IMG/VR virus record: IMGVR_UViG_3300032272_000002
Coordinates: 64,001-128,000 of that record
Source: a virus
Reading direction: 5' to 3' (one strand)
DNA length: 64,000 nt
Below the pieces are notes generated by a model. The model had not been told where the DNA came from. It searched no databases and saw only the letters and a program-made list of their open reading frames with translations. This document shows, piece by piece, positions 19,648 through 28,503 of the stretch; position 1 is the first letter of the stretch, and every line of letters begins with the position of its first letter. Both the position numbers and the translations under genes were made by a program.

Positions 19648-20189
19648 TAGCTCACCAGTAATGCGTATCGTCTACATTCTTCGAAGTTTGTATTCGTCCC
19701 ACCGCATCCAGCAATTACAACACGACCTGTTTGTGGTGTATTGAACTGTAAACTGATGCTGTTAATATCAATGACGTTAATAACATCTGGGATCATAACA
19801 TTGTCGCCCGCGTCAAAAACGCTAACCACTACGTCCGATGTGCCTAGGCTGTGTGTAATGGTTGTAGACGTGACGCTCGTGAATGAGTCAGCGAAACAAC
19901 TGCTACTGCCCGACACGCCAGAGAGGGCCGCACCGTCAACAACAAAGTTGCCACCAACCTGTTGAACATCAATACCATTGACACCAACCACACCGGACTG
20001 CGAAATGCTGCCAGTAAAGCCAATATTAATTTGGTTGGGAGCTACGGGTGCAACAACAATGCCGCTGGTCCCCACCAACGTTACGGAAGGGCCAGTTTGT
20101 CCGTTGAGATCTGTAATGCCAGAAGCACTGCCGCCACCACCGCCAGTGCCAAGTCCGCCAACCGATACGATGCCTCCAACGTTAACCAT
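19647..20189 (-). CDS. virion protein (Gly-rich, THSLGT domain)
   Basis: LNGQTG.V and THSLGTSDV; paralogous to the C-terminus of 15916-16713. Confidence 0.65.
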   Translation of the reverse strand: MVNVGGIVSVGGLGTGGGGGSASGITDLNGQTGPSVTLVGTSGIVVAPVAPNQINIGFTGSISQSGVVGVNGIDVQQVGGNFVVDGAALSGVSGSSSCFADSFTSVTSTTITHSLGTSDVVVSVFDAGDNVMIPDVINVIDINSISLQFNTPQTGRVVIAGCGGTNTNFEECRRYALLVS

Positions 20190-20632
20190 TAGGCAAGCTC
20201 CATCAGTCTGATATCAGACGTACCGGCAGAAATCAACCAAATACGCATGTTGGGATTACCAACCATGTCGATGGCAATCTTTTCTGAGCTGGCCAGTGGG
20301 AATCCATTGCCCGCCGTAACTGCGGATGTAAATCCCATATAAACTACGCTAGTGCCATCGTTATGAATTACCAATGCCCTGCGAAATTCCAGAGGGCTTG
20401 GTAGAATTTCGACAGCACTCGTACTAACGGTGACCTGAGTAGTACGCCCACCAATACCCACCGAAAAATCAGATGGGTTTAGGATTGCTACCGAGTCAGC
20501 ACGGCGATTACGTAGAGAGTCTCTGGCATTAGGGACCGGAAAGGTTCCTTCTCCAAAGTCATAGAGCGGACTGTTCGGCTGCATGTTAGCAACCGTGCCG
20601 CTTCCAGCTACCGTATTAATCTCATGGTTCAT
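20189..20632 (-). CDS. small virion protein (paralog of 20660-21097)
   Basis: AAGGAGG SD; RRALVIHNDG..VYMG....TAGNGF. Confidence 0.65.
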   Translation of the reverse strand: MNHEINTVAGSGTVANMQPNSPLYDFGEGTFPVPNARDSLRNRRADSVAILNPSDFSVGIGGRTTQVTVSTSAVEILPSPLEFRRALVIHNDGTSVVYMGFTSAVTAGNGFPLASSEKIAIDMVGNPNMRIWLISAGTSDIRLMELA

Positions 20633-20659
20633 AGGAAACCTCCTTAGGGAAGGTCCCTA

Positions 20660-21097
20660 TTAGTACACAATGATCTTTAATGTAGTAGTAGCGGACGCAG
20701 ACCGTGCCCAAATTTGGTTGTTATGCAGCAGGGGCAGCTCAAGTGGGGGCAGGGCTGAGCTGGCAGGGATGGTGAATCCATCAGCAACAGTTGCAGCGGC
20801 TTCCGTGGGGGCAATATAAGCATCCTGTCCACCATCATTCTGGATGACAACTCGCCTGATGCGTGGTAGATCAGTGATTTCCGGAGCAATAACTTGCACT
20901 GGAGCAACACCAATAACAACGCCAGAGGCGGCCCAAGCATCAACCGCCAGAATATCCTCTGGGTTGATAACTACTACGTTTGTGCCGAGACGTTCGCCTC
21001 GGCCCTCGGCTTCCTGACCACGCTGGGCAGGTGTGAGAATTCGTGTCGTGAAAGGTAGCGTTCCGCTACCGACAGCAGCATTTGACTGTACAGCCAT
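20660..21097 (-). CDS. small virion protein (paralog of 20189-20632)
   Basis: AGGAGG SD; RRVVIQNDG..AYIA...TVADGF. Confidence 0.65.
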   Translation of the reverse strand: MAVQSNAAVGSGTLPFTTRILTPAQRGQEAEGRGERLGTNVVVINPEDILAVDAWAASGVVIGVAPVQVIAPEITDLPRIRRVVIQNDGGQDAYIAPTEAAATVADGFTIPASSALPPLELPLLHNNQIWARSASATTTLKIIVY

Positions 21098-21156
21098 TAC
21101 ATAACCTCCTAAGTTTAAAGGACTTGCGGAGCCACCCGCTACAAAACTTGGCTATG

Positions 21157-21170
21157 TATGAATACACTAA
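21157..21170 (-). promoter_or_regulatory. conserved motif TTAGTGTATTCATA (candidate late promoter)
   Basis: directly after a terminator and upstream of the virion operon. Confidence 0.6.
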
Positions 21171-21202
21171 AGGGGCGGCTCCTCTTACGAAGAACCGCCC
21201 CT
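21168..21202 (-). terminator. intrinsic terminator hairpin
   Basis: AGGGGCGGTTCTTC-GTAA-GAGGAGCCGCCCCT-TT on the minus strand (GNRA loop, short U tract). Confidence 0.75.
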
Positions 21203-21224
21203 AGGCTATTTGAGTGTTTATATT

Positions 21225-22067
21225 TTAGTTATCTTCAAAAAGAGAACCAGATACCCAATCATGAGTGCCTGTAGCTAGTCGAGTTAGTCCACCAGACAAA
21301 ACCGCACGAGTTCCTGTAAGGTCAATATCGTTTGATTCGCCACCCACAATAACTGCATCATTACCAACGGGTCTATTATCAAATCCACCCACAACCACAG
21401 TACGTAATCCAGCCGACTTATTATTTAGCCCACCTACTGCCGTTGAATATAATCCAGACGCAAAATTATCCTTACCGCCCACAACTACACCATGAGTACT
21501 GATTAGAGATTGATTATTGAGACCGCCCACTACAACAGAATAATCTCCACCACCATGATTTAATTGTCCTCCAACAACAACAGAATATTCTTGGGCGGCT
21601 TGATTGCCTGCACCGCCTACAACAACGGACCAGTCATTATTTGAAAAATTATCAAATCCACCCAAGACAGATGAATATGGTAGGGCAATATCATTACTAG
21701 AGCCGCCAACAAGTCCGCCATAAGATTGGAATGCGTTTTCAGTTCCAAACACAATGTTATGAGAGCCAGTACGTACATTCGTACCACTTTCCTCATTGTA
21801 GCCAATAATCAAATTACCGAGACCATTCGTTGTAGCAGTTGATCCAGTTGTATTGACAACCTGCAAGTTACTCTTGACACGCAGGGCCTCCACCGTGCCA
21901 CCCTGACCATCTGGAATCTGTACGACCGCGAGTAAATTGAGTACGTCTTTTTGGCCCTGCGTTAAGCAGCAAAACTGTTGTACTTGAGGGGCGGGTGCTG
22001 CCATAGCAGACAGGCCAATAAGGCCCAGCGTCAGCAAGGCACCAGCAATAAGGGATTTCATATTCAT
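21225..22067 (-). CDS. secreted GG-x-x-N repeat (YadA/Hep_Hag head-like) protein
   Basis: signal peptide MNMKSLIAGALLTLGLIGLSAMA; ~14 aa repeats SVVVGG..N.A. Confidence 0.7.
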   Translation of the reverse strand: MNMKSLIAGALLTLGLIGLSAMAAPAPQVQQFCCLTQGQKDVLNLLAVVQIPDGQGGTVEALRVKSNLQVVNTTGSTATTNGLGNLIIGYNEESGTNVRTGSHNIVFGTENAFQSYGGLVGGSSNDIALPYSSVLGGFDNFSNNDWSVVVGGAGNQAAQEYSVVVGGQLNHGGGDYSVVVGGLNNQSLISTHGVVVGGKDNFASGLYSTAVGGLNNKSAGLRTVVVGGFDNRPVGNDAVIVGGESNDIDLTGTRAVLSGGLTRLATGTHDWVSGSLFEDN

Positions 22068-22068
22068 A

Positions 22069-22713
22069 TTAATTATTTTCAAAGAGTGAACCGGAAACCC
22101 AATCGTGGGCTCCGAAAGCTTGGCGGGTTGAACCACCAGAAAGAACAGACCAAGTGCCATTAGCAACATTCGACTGTCCACCAACGCTAACGGAATCATT
22201 TCCACTAGCAGAATTGTTTTGCCCACCAACAGCTACAGACCATAGACCAGTGGTAACATTTTGACGACCACCCACAACAACGCTGTTGGTAGAGCCAGGG
22301 ACATTTAGTTCTCCTCCGAGAACAGAAGAGATAGGAAATACCGTCGAGTTATTCGTGCCGAAAAGGACGGTGCCGTAGCTGGTATAACTAAGGCGGTTGC
22401 CCGCGATAAGATTATGCGAGCCGGTGCGTACATCACCCTGAGTGGCACCGAGATCATTGTAGCCGACGATGATGTTGCCGAGCCCATTGACCGGGCCGAT
22501 GGTGTCGCCAGAGCCATCAACCACTTGAAGGTTGCTTGTGACTCGGATAGCTTCCACAGTGCCGCCGATGCCGTCGCTCAATTGAACAAGCTCGAAGCGA
22601 GCGAGGATGGCCTGTTGGGCCGGGGTAAGAACGGCGAGCTGGGTCTGTTGAGCCATAGATAGACTCAGGAGAATGCCGCAAGTTGCCAGCACTCCCAAGA
22701 AGAATTTTTTCAT
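22069..22713 (-). CDS. secreted GG-x-x-N repeat protein (paralog of the neighbouring gene)
   Basis: signal peptide MKKFFLGVLATCGILLSLSMA; shared NGLGN.I.GYN, RTGSHN, HDWVSGSLFE. Confidence 0.7.
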   Translation of the reverse strand: MKKFFLGVLATCGILLSLSMAQQTQLAVLTPAQQAILARFELVQLSDGIGGTVEAIRVTSNLQVVDGSGDTIGPVNGLGNIIVGYNDLGATQGDVRTGSHNLIAGNRLSYTSYGTVLFGTNNSTVFPISSVLGGELNVPGSTNSVVVGGRQNVTTGLWSVAVGGQNNSASGNDSVSVGGQSNVANGTWSVLSGGSTRQAFGAHDWVSGSLFENN

Positions 22714-22716
22714 TGT

Positions 22717-23346
22717 TTAGTATCCAAACGCTTTCAGTGACAAATCAAACTGACCAGTCTCCTTGACTAGTCTCAACATTTCCTGTGCAATTACCCTAAT
22801 CTCCACCTGTGCGTGTTCGCTATTGCGGAGACCCTGGAAATGCATAAAGGAACGAAAATTAAAGCTGACATCAGCCGTAATTTGGTTAGCATAAGGGAGA
22901 TAGAAGCGGGCCGACTCCTTCGCACGCTTACGGGTGAAGCCGTGATCCTTCACGAGACGTTCGAGCATCTCGTGATACTTCTCATACTGTTGCTCCATAT
23001 CCTGGAGAAAGATTAGACGCTCCTCAAGAGGCCAGTCTTGGGGAATGTAGATTTTATCCTCTTTCAATTCCTTGTAGCGGGCAGACTCAGCATTCACACT
23101 GACGCCAATCCTATGCTTGATGATATGGATATGACTAGCAATATCTGTGGTCACCAGGAAATGCAGATCACTCTTCTCAAATGGCGTATGATGTCCAGCC
23201 TCGGCCAGTGTCGTCAGCATCTTGTTAATCCGCCCACGCTTCTCATCGCTAAGCTCACGACTGGTGGAGGTCCAAGCTGACAGGGCGTGAGACTCGTCGC
23301 CGCCATAGGTTCCAATCAATTCTACTGTGTTATCGTTTGCACTCAT
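22717..23346 (-). CDS. thyX: FAD-dependent thymidylate synthase
   Basis: GHHTPFE, KHRIGVSVNAESARY, KESARF, HAQVEIR; start moved to ATG 23346. Confidence 0.93.
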   Translation of the reverse strand: MSANDNTVELIGTYGGDESHALSAWTSTSRELSDEKRGRINKMLTTLAEAGHHTPFEKSDLHFLVTTDIASHIHIIKHRIGVSVNAESARYKELKEDKIYIPQDWPLEERLIFLQDMEQQYEKYHEMLERLVKDHGFTRKRAKESARFYLPYANQITADVSFNFRSFMHFQGLRNSEHAQVEIRVIAQEMLRLVKETGQFDLSLKAFGY

Positions 23347-23656
23347 ATGTTTTAGACTTAAAGTCGTTCTCGTGGGTGTGGACAAACTTCCACTGTGGAC
23401 GGGACGTGTATTCCCTATTTCTGGTTTTACAATAGGGGCACACGATGTTATATTCTGGCTCATCACCTGATGTCCAATAGTCACCGCCTACTCACCCGTA
23501 GGGTGACACATAGTATTTCATAACAATGAGATCCAGATTGCTGATCCTCTTGCCACGGTTACACTTATTGCAACGCCAAATTCGCTTGCCCCGCAGGTCT
23601 TGCTTCTTAGCTTTCAGCTCCTCGATCTGAGCTTCTATCTTCTTCTCGGAAGTCAT
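23330..23656 (-). CDS. zinc-ribbon protein with in-frame TGA at codon 55 (candidate selenoprotein, otherwise a pseudogene)
   Basis: reading through TGA 23492-23494 gives 108 aa: ...CNKC...YYVSPYG-(TGA)-VGGDYW...CPYC...YECKR*; fills the gap to thyX. Confidence 0.6.
23451..23479 (-). promoter_or_regulatory. SECIS-like hairpin downstream of the in-frame UGA
   Basis: TATTGGACATC-AGGT-GATGAGCCAGAATA; apical loop starts 23 nt after UGA with G at its second position. Confidence 0.45.
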
Positions 23657-23777
23657 GGATGATCTCGAAGTTGTTGTCATAGACAACGGTCTTTTGTAGT
23701 TGTGCGGAGGCAATGGCCCACTCTTCTTTGATGTGGGCTACCTTACCAGGAATGGATACAGCGGGCGTGTAAAACAT
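23607..23777 (-). CDS. small hypothetical protein (56 aa, not in the ORF track)
   Basis: TAATG overlap with the upstream stop; MFYTPAVSIPGKVAHIKEEW... Confidence 0.5.
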   Translation of the reverse strand: MFYTPAVSIPGKVAHIKEEWAIASAQLQKTVVYDNNFEIIHDFREEDRSSDRGAES

Positions 23778-24103
23778 TAGGGAGTTACTAGTGTTGGTGT
23801 GATGATGCCGCTTTGAACAGGGCGGATAGCTTCCACGATGGCGTCGATTACGTCTTGAGCGGCGTAGGTCTTGGCGACCACGATCTCCATACTGTAGCGA
23901 CCGACCGGCTGGTAAAAGTCCATACCCTCTACGCTACAAACAGCTTCGAGCATCTTTTGTGCTGTAGAAACACCCGCCGTCACTTCAGATTGCAAGGGGG
24001 CAATCGGCTTCTTAGCCGTGAAGATAAAGCGGTTGTCTACGTCGTTCCCGTCGTCGTCCTTGGCGAACTCGACATGATAATCTTTAATAGGTTGTGCAGT
24101 CAT
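23777..24103 (-). CDS. hypothetical protein
   Basis: ORF; TTGACA lies ~30 nt upstream. Confidence 0.7.
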   Translation of the reverse strand: MTAQPIKDYHVEFAKDDDGNDVDNRFIFTAKKPIAPLQSEVTAGVSTAQKMLEAVCSVEGMDFYQPVGRYSMEIVVAKTYAAQDVIDAIVEAIRPVQSGIITPTLVTP

Positions 24104-24138
24104 ACAAGCATACTGACATGCTAGGCAAGACTGTCAAC

Positions 24139-26175
24139 TCATAAAGTGCAGCTATCTCCATCACATCCACGCGGAGCGTTTTGCTCGACGTGGATATCCT
24201 CAAAGCTGATCGGACGAATGTCTCTAGACATCTCCTTATACTGCTCTTCGGTGATAGCCTCATAGGGGGCTTGAGCATAACCATGGTCATCTAATGGTAA
24301 GAAAGAAATACCTTTTAGTTGATCTTCGAACATCTCAAGCGTGTGCTGGACATCCTGTTGCTCGTCCTTCTCGAAAGTAACTGTGATAGAAACTTGGTTG
24401 TCTGCCCACTCACGCTGATACGCGACGGCGTTTGAAACCTGCTCCCAAATAGACACGTCTCTCTTGCCGCGTACGAAGAATGGCTCATACACAGGAAACT
24501 CTACAACCATCGTGCTCTCCTCTTGGCCCAGTGCTGGCTCTACCTTGTGTCCAGCGGCCTGAGCGGCTCTCCAGAGTTCTGAGTGGAGGCCCACGCGGAT
24601 ACGTCTGATGTAGTATTCCGAGTGAGGATAGTGAATGCCGGGCGGCTCGCCGGGCAACAGGCTAACAGTACCGCTGGGCTTCACGCTCGTCTTTTTGATG
24701 GAGCGTGGCACGCCAAGCCAATTACTGTATTGAACATCCAATCCGTTGATAAATTCATAGCCTTTATCACACCAACGAAGTACTTCACGACGACCGTGAC
24801 GATTGAATGCCTTGATAATGCCACTCTGGCTTAAGCCGATACGTCGGTTCTTACACATTACAGCATTTGTCTCGGGCCAATGCGTAGGAACCAGAGTGAC
24901 AGTTTTGGCATAGAGATACGCAATCTTAAGCGTCTCTAAATACTCATCGAGACTTTCGTGCCTTGCGGGGAAAGTCTCAACTAGAGTACATAATTCATAG
25001 TTGTGGAGGGTTTGCTCTAGGCAGGGATTACCGCCAACGGCGTCCTTGTCGCCCCACGTAGGAGCGTCCTTCATACGACCGTAGGCACGGGCGTTATCCA
25101 TCCACATGTACCCAGGCTCACCATTTACTGACGTTTGGCGAGCATGCCATGAGTAGTCCATCCCGACCTTGGCGAAGATGGAGTTGTTGGAGGCCCAACG
25201 ATGACTCATTAGCTTTTCTTTATCTTGCTTTAATAGAGAGAACTCTTCATCAGTGTGCTCCCCAAATACAATTTCAGCCGACCGTCTCACGTTTCCCGCT
25301 ACGACGCATCGGCCAATAAGGTTACCGATATCTACAATATCAGATGAACTAAGTGTTTGTCCAATTTTAGCCTGTAAAATGCTTTCAATATCAATAAGCA
25401 TCGCCTTCAACGGCTCGGGACCACTAGACGTGCCGCCAAAACCCTTGATAGGAAGACCAGCCTTGCGGACTTCTGAGAAGTCAAACGTTGGCTTAGCCTG
25501 ATCGAGTGTGGTATAGGCATCAATAACTAAGCGGAGAGCTTCGACCCAGCCCTCTCTTGTATCCGGCACCACGAATGTAGACTCGTTCGCCTGCGGCTCC
25601 ACGACGGTTAGCTTGCCAGCTCCGCGAACATCAAAACCAACGCCCACACCCACCATAGACATATCCATAATAAAAGCCGCCCACTTAGACGGCTCTTCGG
25701 CAATTTGCTCTGTGGACACAAAGGCACAATTGTTGAGTGCGGCCCCACCCCTAGTGGAAACGTAGTCCGTGCCCATCGCCCAGAGACCACGCCCCGGTGG
25801 CAAGAACTTAAAGTCCCACATCAATTGATACATACGCTTGGCGGTACGCTGTGCCTTACGCTCGTCCCAGGGAAGATGGTTTCGCGTGCAGTGATTCTTT
25901 TGAATAGAGAAAGTACCCTCTACAATACGCCGCACGGTTTCCGCATACTCCTCAGTGCGTACCTCTTGGCTGCCGCAATCCGTGCAGAACCAATCAAAGT
26001 CATCCTGGTTTTTATGATAGTCTAGTTTATAAGAATGACAGTCGTTGCACAAGCTACGAGCGTATGTTCTTTTAAATGTAAAATAGCCAACAGGACCCCA
26101 TTCAGGTTGTTTGTTTTTGAACTTGCTAAGAAATGTATCGGATAGGTCGAATGAATGATGGGCAATGTTAAACAC
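24139..26175 (-). CDS. nrdJ: class II (B12-dependent) ribonucleotide reductase, monomeric RTPR type
   Basis: PPGRGLW, NNCAF, GNVRRSA, GGNPCLEQ, KPSGTVS, C-terminal CDGDSC. Confidence 0.95.
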   Translation of the reverse strand: MFNIAHHSFDLSDTFLSKFKNKQPEWGPVGYFTFKRTYARSLCNDCHSYKLDYHKNQDDFDWFCTDCGSQEVRTEEYAETVRRIVEGTFSIQKNHCTRNHLPWDERKAQRTAKRMYQLMWDFKFLPPGRGLWAMGTDYVSTRGGAALNNCAFVSTEQIAEEPSKWAAFIMDMSMVGVGVGFDVRGAGKLTVVEPQANESTFVVPDTREGWVEALRLVIDAYTTLDQAKPTFDFSEVRKAGLPIKGFGGTSSGPEPLKAMLIDIESILQAKIGQTLSSSDIVDIGNLIGRCVVAGNVRRSAEIVFGEHTDEEFSLLKQDKEKLMSHRWASNNSIFAKVGMDYSWHARQTSVNGEPGYMWMDNARAYGRMKDAPTWGDKDAVGGNPCLEQTLHNYELCTLVETFPARHESLDEYLETLKIAYLYAKTVTLVPTHWPETNAVMCKNRRIGLSQSGIIKAFNRHGRREVLRWCDKGYEFINGLDVQYSNWLGVPRSIKKTSVKPSGTVSLLPGEPPGIHYPHSEYYIRRIRVGLHSELWRAAQAAGHKVEPALGQEESTMVVEFPVYEPFFVRGKRDVSIWEQVSNAVAYQREWADNQVSITVTFEKDEQQDVQHTLEMFEDQLKGISFLPLDDHGYAQAPYEAITEEQYKEMSRDIRPISFEDIHVEQNAPRGCDGDSCTL

Positions 26176-26178
26176 AGA

Positions 26179-27414
26179 TTATCTCCTCTTCGGGTCGAAT
26201 AGGGCGGCACCAGGAAGCAATGACTCACCCTTCAAAATTTTATCTCGTACAATCATACCAGCCGTGAAGGCGTGTGATACACCGTAGCCGTTGAAACCAG
26301 CAGCGATAAACTCATTTTCCCTGCCGGGAAGTTCTCCTACGAGGGGCATTCGATCCTCTGTGAGACACATAATGCCAGACCATACGTGAGTAAACTTGGC
26401 ATCAATAAATGGTAAGTGATTTTGGAGGAACTCTTTCTGACGCTTAAAAACAGTTTGACTGATTTCGCCGTCATAAATAATACCCTCCTGCTGTCCCCTA
26501 ACGTTCTGTCTTTGTCCTCCAAAAAGGAGGCGACCGCCGTGAGTGCGGAAATAGTCAGAGCCGTTATTACAGGATACACTCATGGTTGGCAACGCTTCGA
26601 TAGCAGACTTAGGCAGGATGTCAGTGGCCACCATCTGGCCTCTGCACGGCGTAAACTTATCCTTCAGTTCTGGCAACAAACCAGACGAGTACGCATTCAT
26701 ACAGTACACTACTTTCTTAGCGTTGATGACTCCCTTGTGTCGAATCGAAACACTCAAACTCCCATCGTCATTTCGGTCAACACTTTCCACACAGGAGTTC
26801 GTAAGCACGCGGGCTCCACTGGTCTCCAGTAGGTCGCGAGTGCCGTTGACAATTTTGTATGGATTTACAGTGGCCTCACAGGGGAGATAGATGCCGCCCA
26901 GGAATCCCTTAGAAGGAAGAAGGGACCGAACCTCAGCCTCAGTCAAGTCGATGCACTTTACGCCAGTTTCTTTTGCAAGATCATTAATAAATGCCGACTC
27001 TCGCCTAAGTAATTCTAACTCCTCAGGGGTCGTCGCCAGTCGGAGGCCACCACCCTGTACGAGATCAGTGTCAAACTTGGTGCGTGTCAGGGCCGAAGTA
27101 AATTTACGAATATTAAGGGCAGAGAATCTTAAGTACTCTTCCGCCGCCCCTTCACCCAGTCTCTCGGCAAGCTCAACGAATAACTCATGCCCTCTAAGCA
27201 TAAGCTGTCCACTAGCTCTACCTGAGGCGTGATATCCTACTGTCGCTTCCTCTAAAAGATAAGCATTAGTAACACCACCCCTTACGAGGTGGAACAATGT
27301 GGAGATACCGGCGATACCGCCACCGATTACTAGAACGTCTACATTCTTAACAAACCCAACCCCGTTGTGGCACTTGGTTGGGCAAGTCTCGAACCAGTAA
27401 TTGCTGTGTTTCAT
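26179..27414 (-). CDS. FAD-dependent oxidoreductase (DAO/PuuB family)
   Basis: DVLVIGGGIAG, ASGRASG, RGQM, WSG, GFNGYG. Confidence 0.9.
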   Translation of the reverse strand: MKHSNYWFETCPTKCHNGVGFVKNVDVLVIGGGIAGISTLFHLVRGGVTNAYLLEEATVGYHASGRASGQLMLRGHELFVELAERLGEGAAEEYLRFSALNIRKFTSALTRTKFDTDLVQGGGLRLATTPEELELLRRESAFINDLAKETGVKCIDLTEAEVRSLLPSKGFLGGIYLPCEATVNPYKIVNGTRDLLETSGARVLTNSCVESVDRNDDGSLSVSIRHKGVINAKKVVYCMNAYSSGLLPELKDKFTPCRGQMVATDILPKSAIEALPTMSVSCNNGSDYFRTHGGRLLFGGQRQNVRGQQEGIIYDGEISQTVFKRQKEFLQNHLPFIDAKFTHVWSGIMCLTEDRMPLVGELPGRENEFIAAGFNGYGVSHAFTAGMIVRDKILKGESLLPGAALFDPKRR

Positions 27415-27741
27415 TTAGAGCATTTCCTCTAGAGAGGGACCGTCCTCCTCGATCTTACCTTCCTGCATGGCACGGAGAACTTTTTTGAGATCTGCTGGTG
27501 ATGGCTCGAAGTGCTGAACCTTGTTGCGATCAATACAAGGGATACAAATATCTGCAAATAGATCAATCGTACCACCCGCGTATGTATCATACGTTTTCTT
27601 TTCTAGCGACACCGTGTGGTCGTGCGGGCGAGTCATACGCTGCTTATCACACTGTGGACAGCGAAAGACACGTTTGCCGCCGAACTGTTCTAGCTGTCTT
27701 TGTCGTTTCGCCTCGCGTGCTTCTCTGGTTTTCTTGCTCAT
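27415..27741 (-). CDS. hypothetical zinc-ribbon protein
   Basis: CPQC...CIPC. Confidence 0.7.
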   Translation of the reverse strand: MSKKTREAREAKRQRQLEQFGGKRVFRCPQCDKQRMTRPHDHTVSLEKKTYDTYAGGTIDLFADICIPCIDRNKVQHFEPSPADLKKVLRAMQEGKIEEDGPSLEEML

Positions 27742-28193
27742 CCTGTGCTTCCAAATCCTGCTTCGCCCCTGTTCGACTTGAGAATCTTGGTCGTGTTCTC
27801 AAACGATAGAGGGCCAACATCTTTAATTGTAATGGGGATACGTTTCACAAGCTCAGCTTGTACAATCTTGTCGCCTCTCTTAATATCAAAAGACTTTCGC
27901 TTTCCATCGACCGGCAGCCATCTAACAACCGCCTTAAGAGGACCATGATAATCTTCGTCAATAATACCAGCACCAATGATGATACCTTTAGTGGCAAGGC
28001 CGGAACGCTCACGGAACTCTAGGCCGTAACCCTCGGGTAACACCAGTTTTACGCCTAGATCAATCAGTTTGGTTTCACCTGGATAAATTTCGACATCCTC
28101 GGCGGCATACAGATCCATGCACTGGGCACGGTCTGTCGCCTGCGTCGGAAGCTTTACCCCTTTGTCCGTGCGGAGTACTTGAATCTCAGGCAC
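27738..28193 (-). CDS. dut: trimeric dUTPase
   Basis: MDLYA, RSGLA, GIIDEDYHG, GDKIVQ, RGEAGFGSTG; start moved to GTG 28193. Confidence 0.93.
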   Translation of the reverse strand: MPEIQVLRTDKGVKLPTQATDRAQCMDLYAAEDVEIYPGETKLIDLGVKLVLPEGYGLEFRERSGLATKGIIIGAGIIDEDYHGPLKAVVRWLPVDGKRKSFDIKRGDKIVQAELVKRIPITIKDVGPLSFENTTKILKSNRGEAGFGSTG

Positions 28194-28503
28194 CAAGATC
28201 CTCCTCGCGGCCTTCGTCCTTATTCCAGCGGACCCACGTCTTCGGGAAGAGCGTCTTGCCATTGTCGTGCTGGCCGAACGGTAGTTTGGCGTAGCACGAG
28301 CTGCAACGCAGCTCGAAATACTTATGAGCCTTGCCTTTTTTGTCCTCCTGCACACGAACACTATACCTCAGATCCTCGCTTTTGCAACCTCCACATTGAG
28401 AAATCGCGAAAACTTCCTGATATTCGGCCAGCGTCTCGAACAGTTCTTTTTGCCCCTCGGCCTCGACGGTTACGTTACCAGATGTTACAGTTACTTTAGC
28501 CAT
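28186..28503 (-). CDS. hypothetical zinc-ribbon protein
   Basis: CGGC...CSSC.A.L.FGQ. Confidence 0.75.
   Translation of the reverse strand: MAKVTVTSGNVTVEAEGQKELFETLAEYQEVFAISQCGGCKSEDLRYSVRVQEDKKGKAHKYFELRCSSCYAKLPFGQHDNGKTLFPKTWVRWNKDEGREEDLGA

Noticed and set aside
12363-22662. Many + strand ORFs antisense to the structural genes, and similar shadow ORFs elsewhere
   Set aside because: They lie within well-supported opposite-strand genes and show no motifs.
28186-28503. C-terminus EEDLGA* as a ninth GAL tag
   Set aside because: It lacks F(-7) and the terminal Leu, and it overlaps the SD and start of dut.
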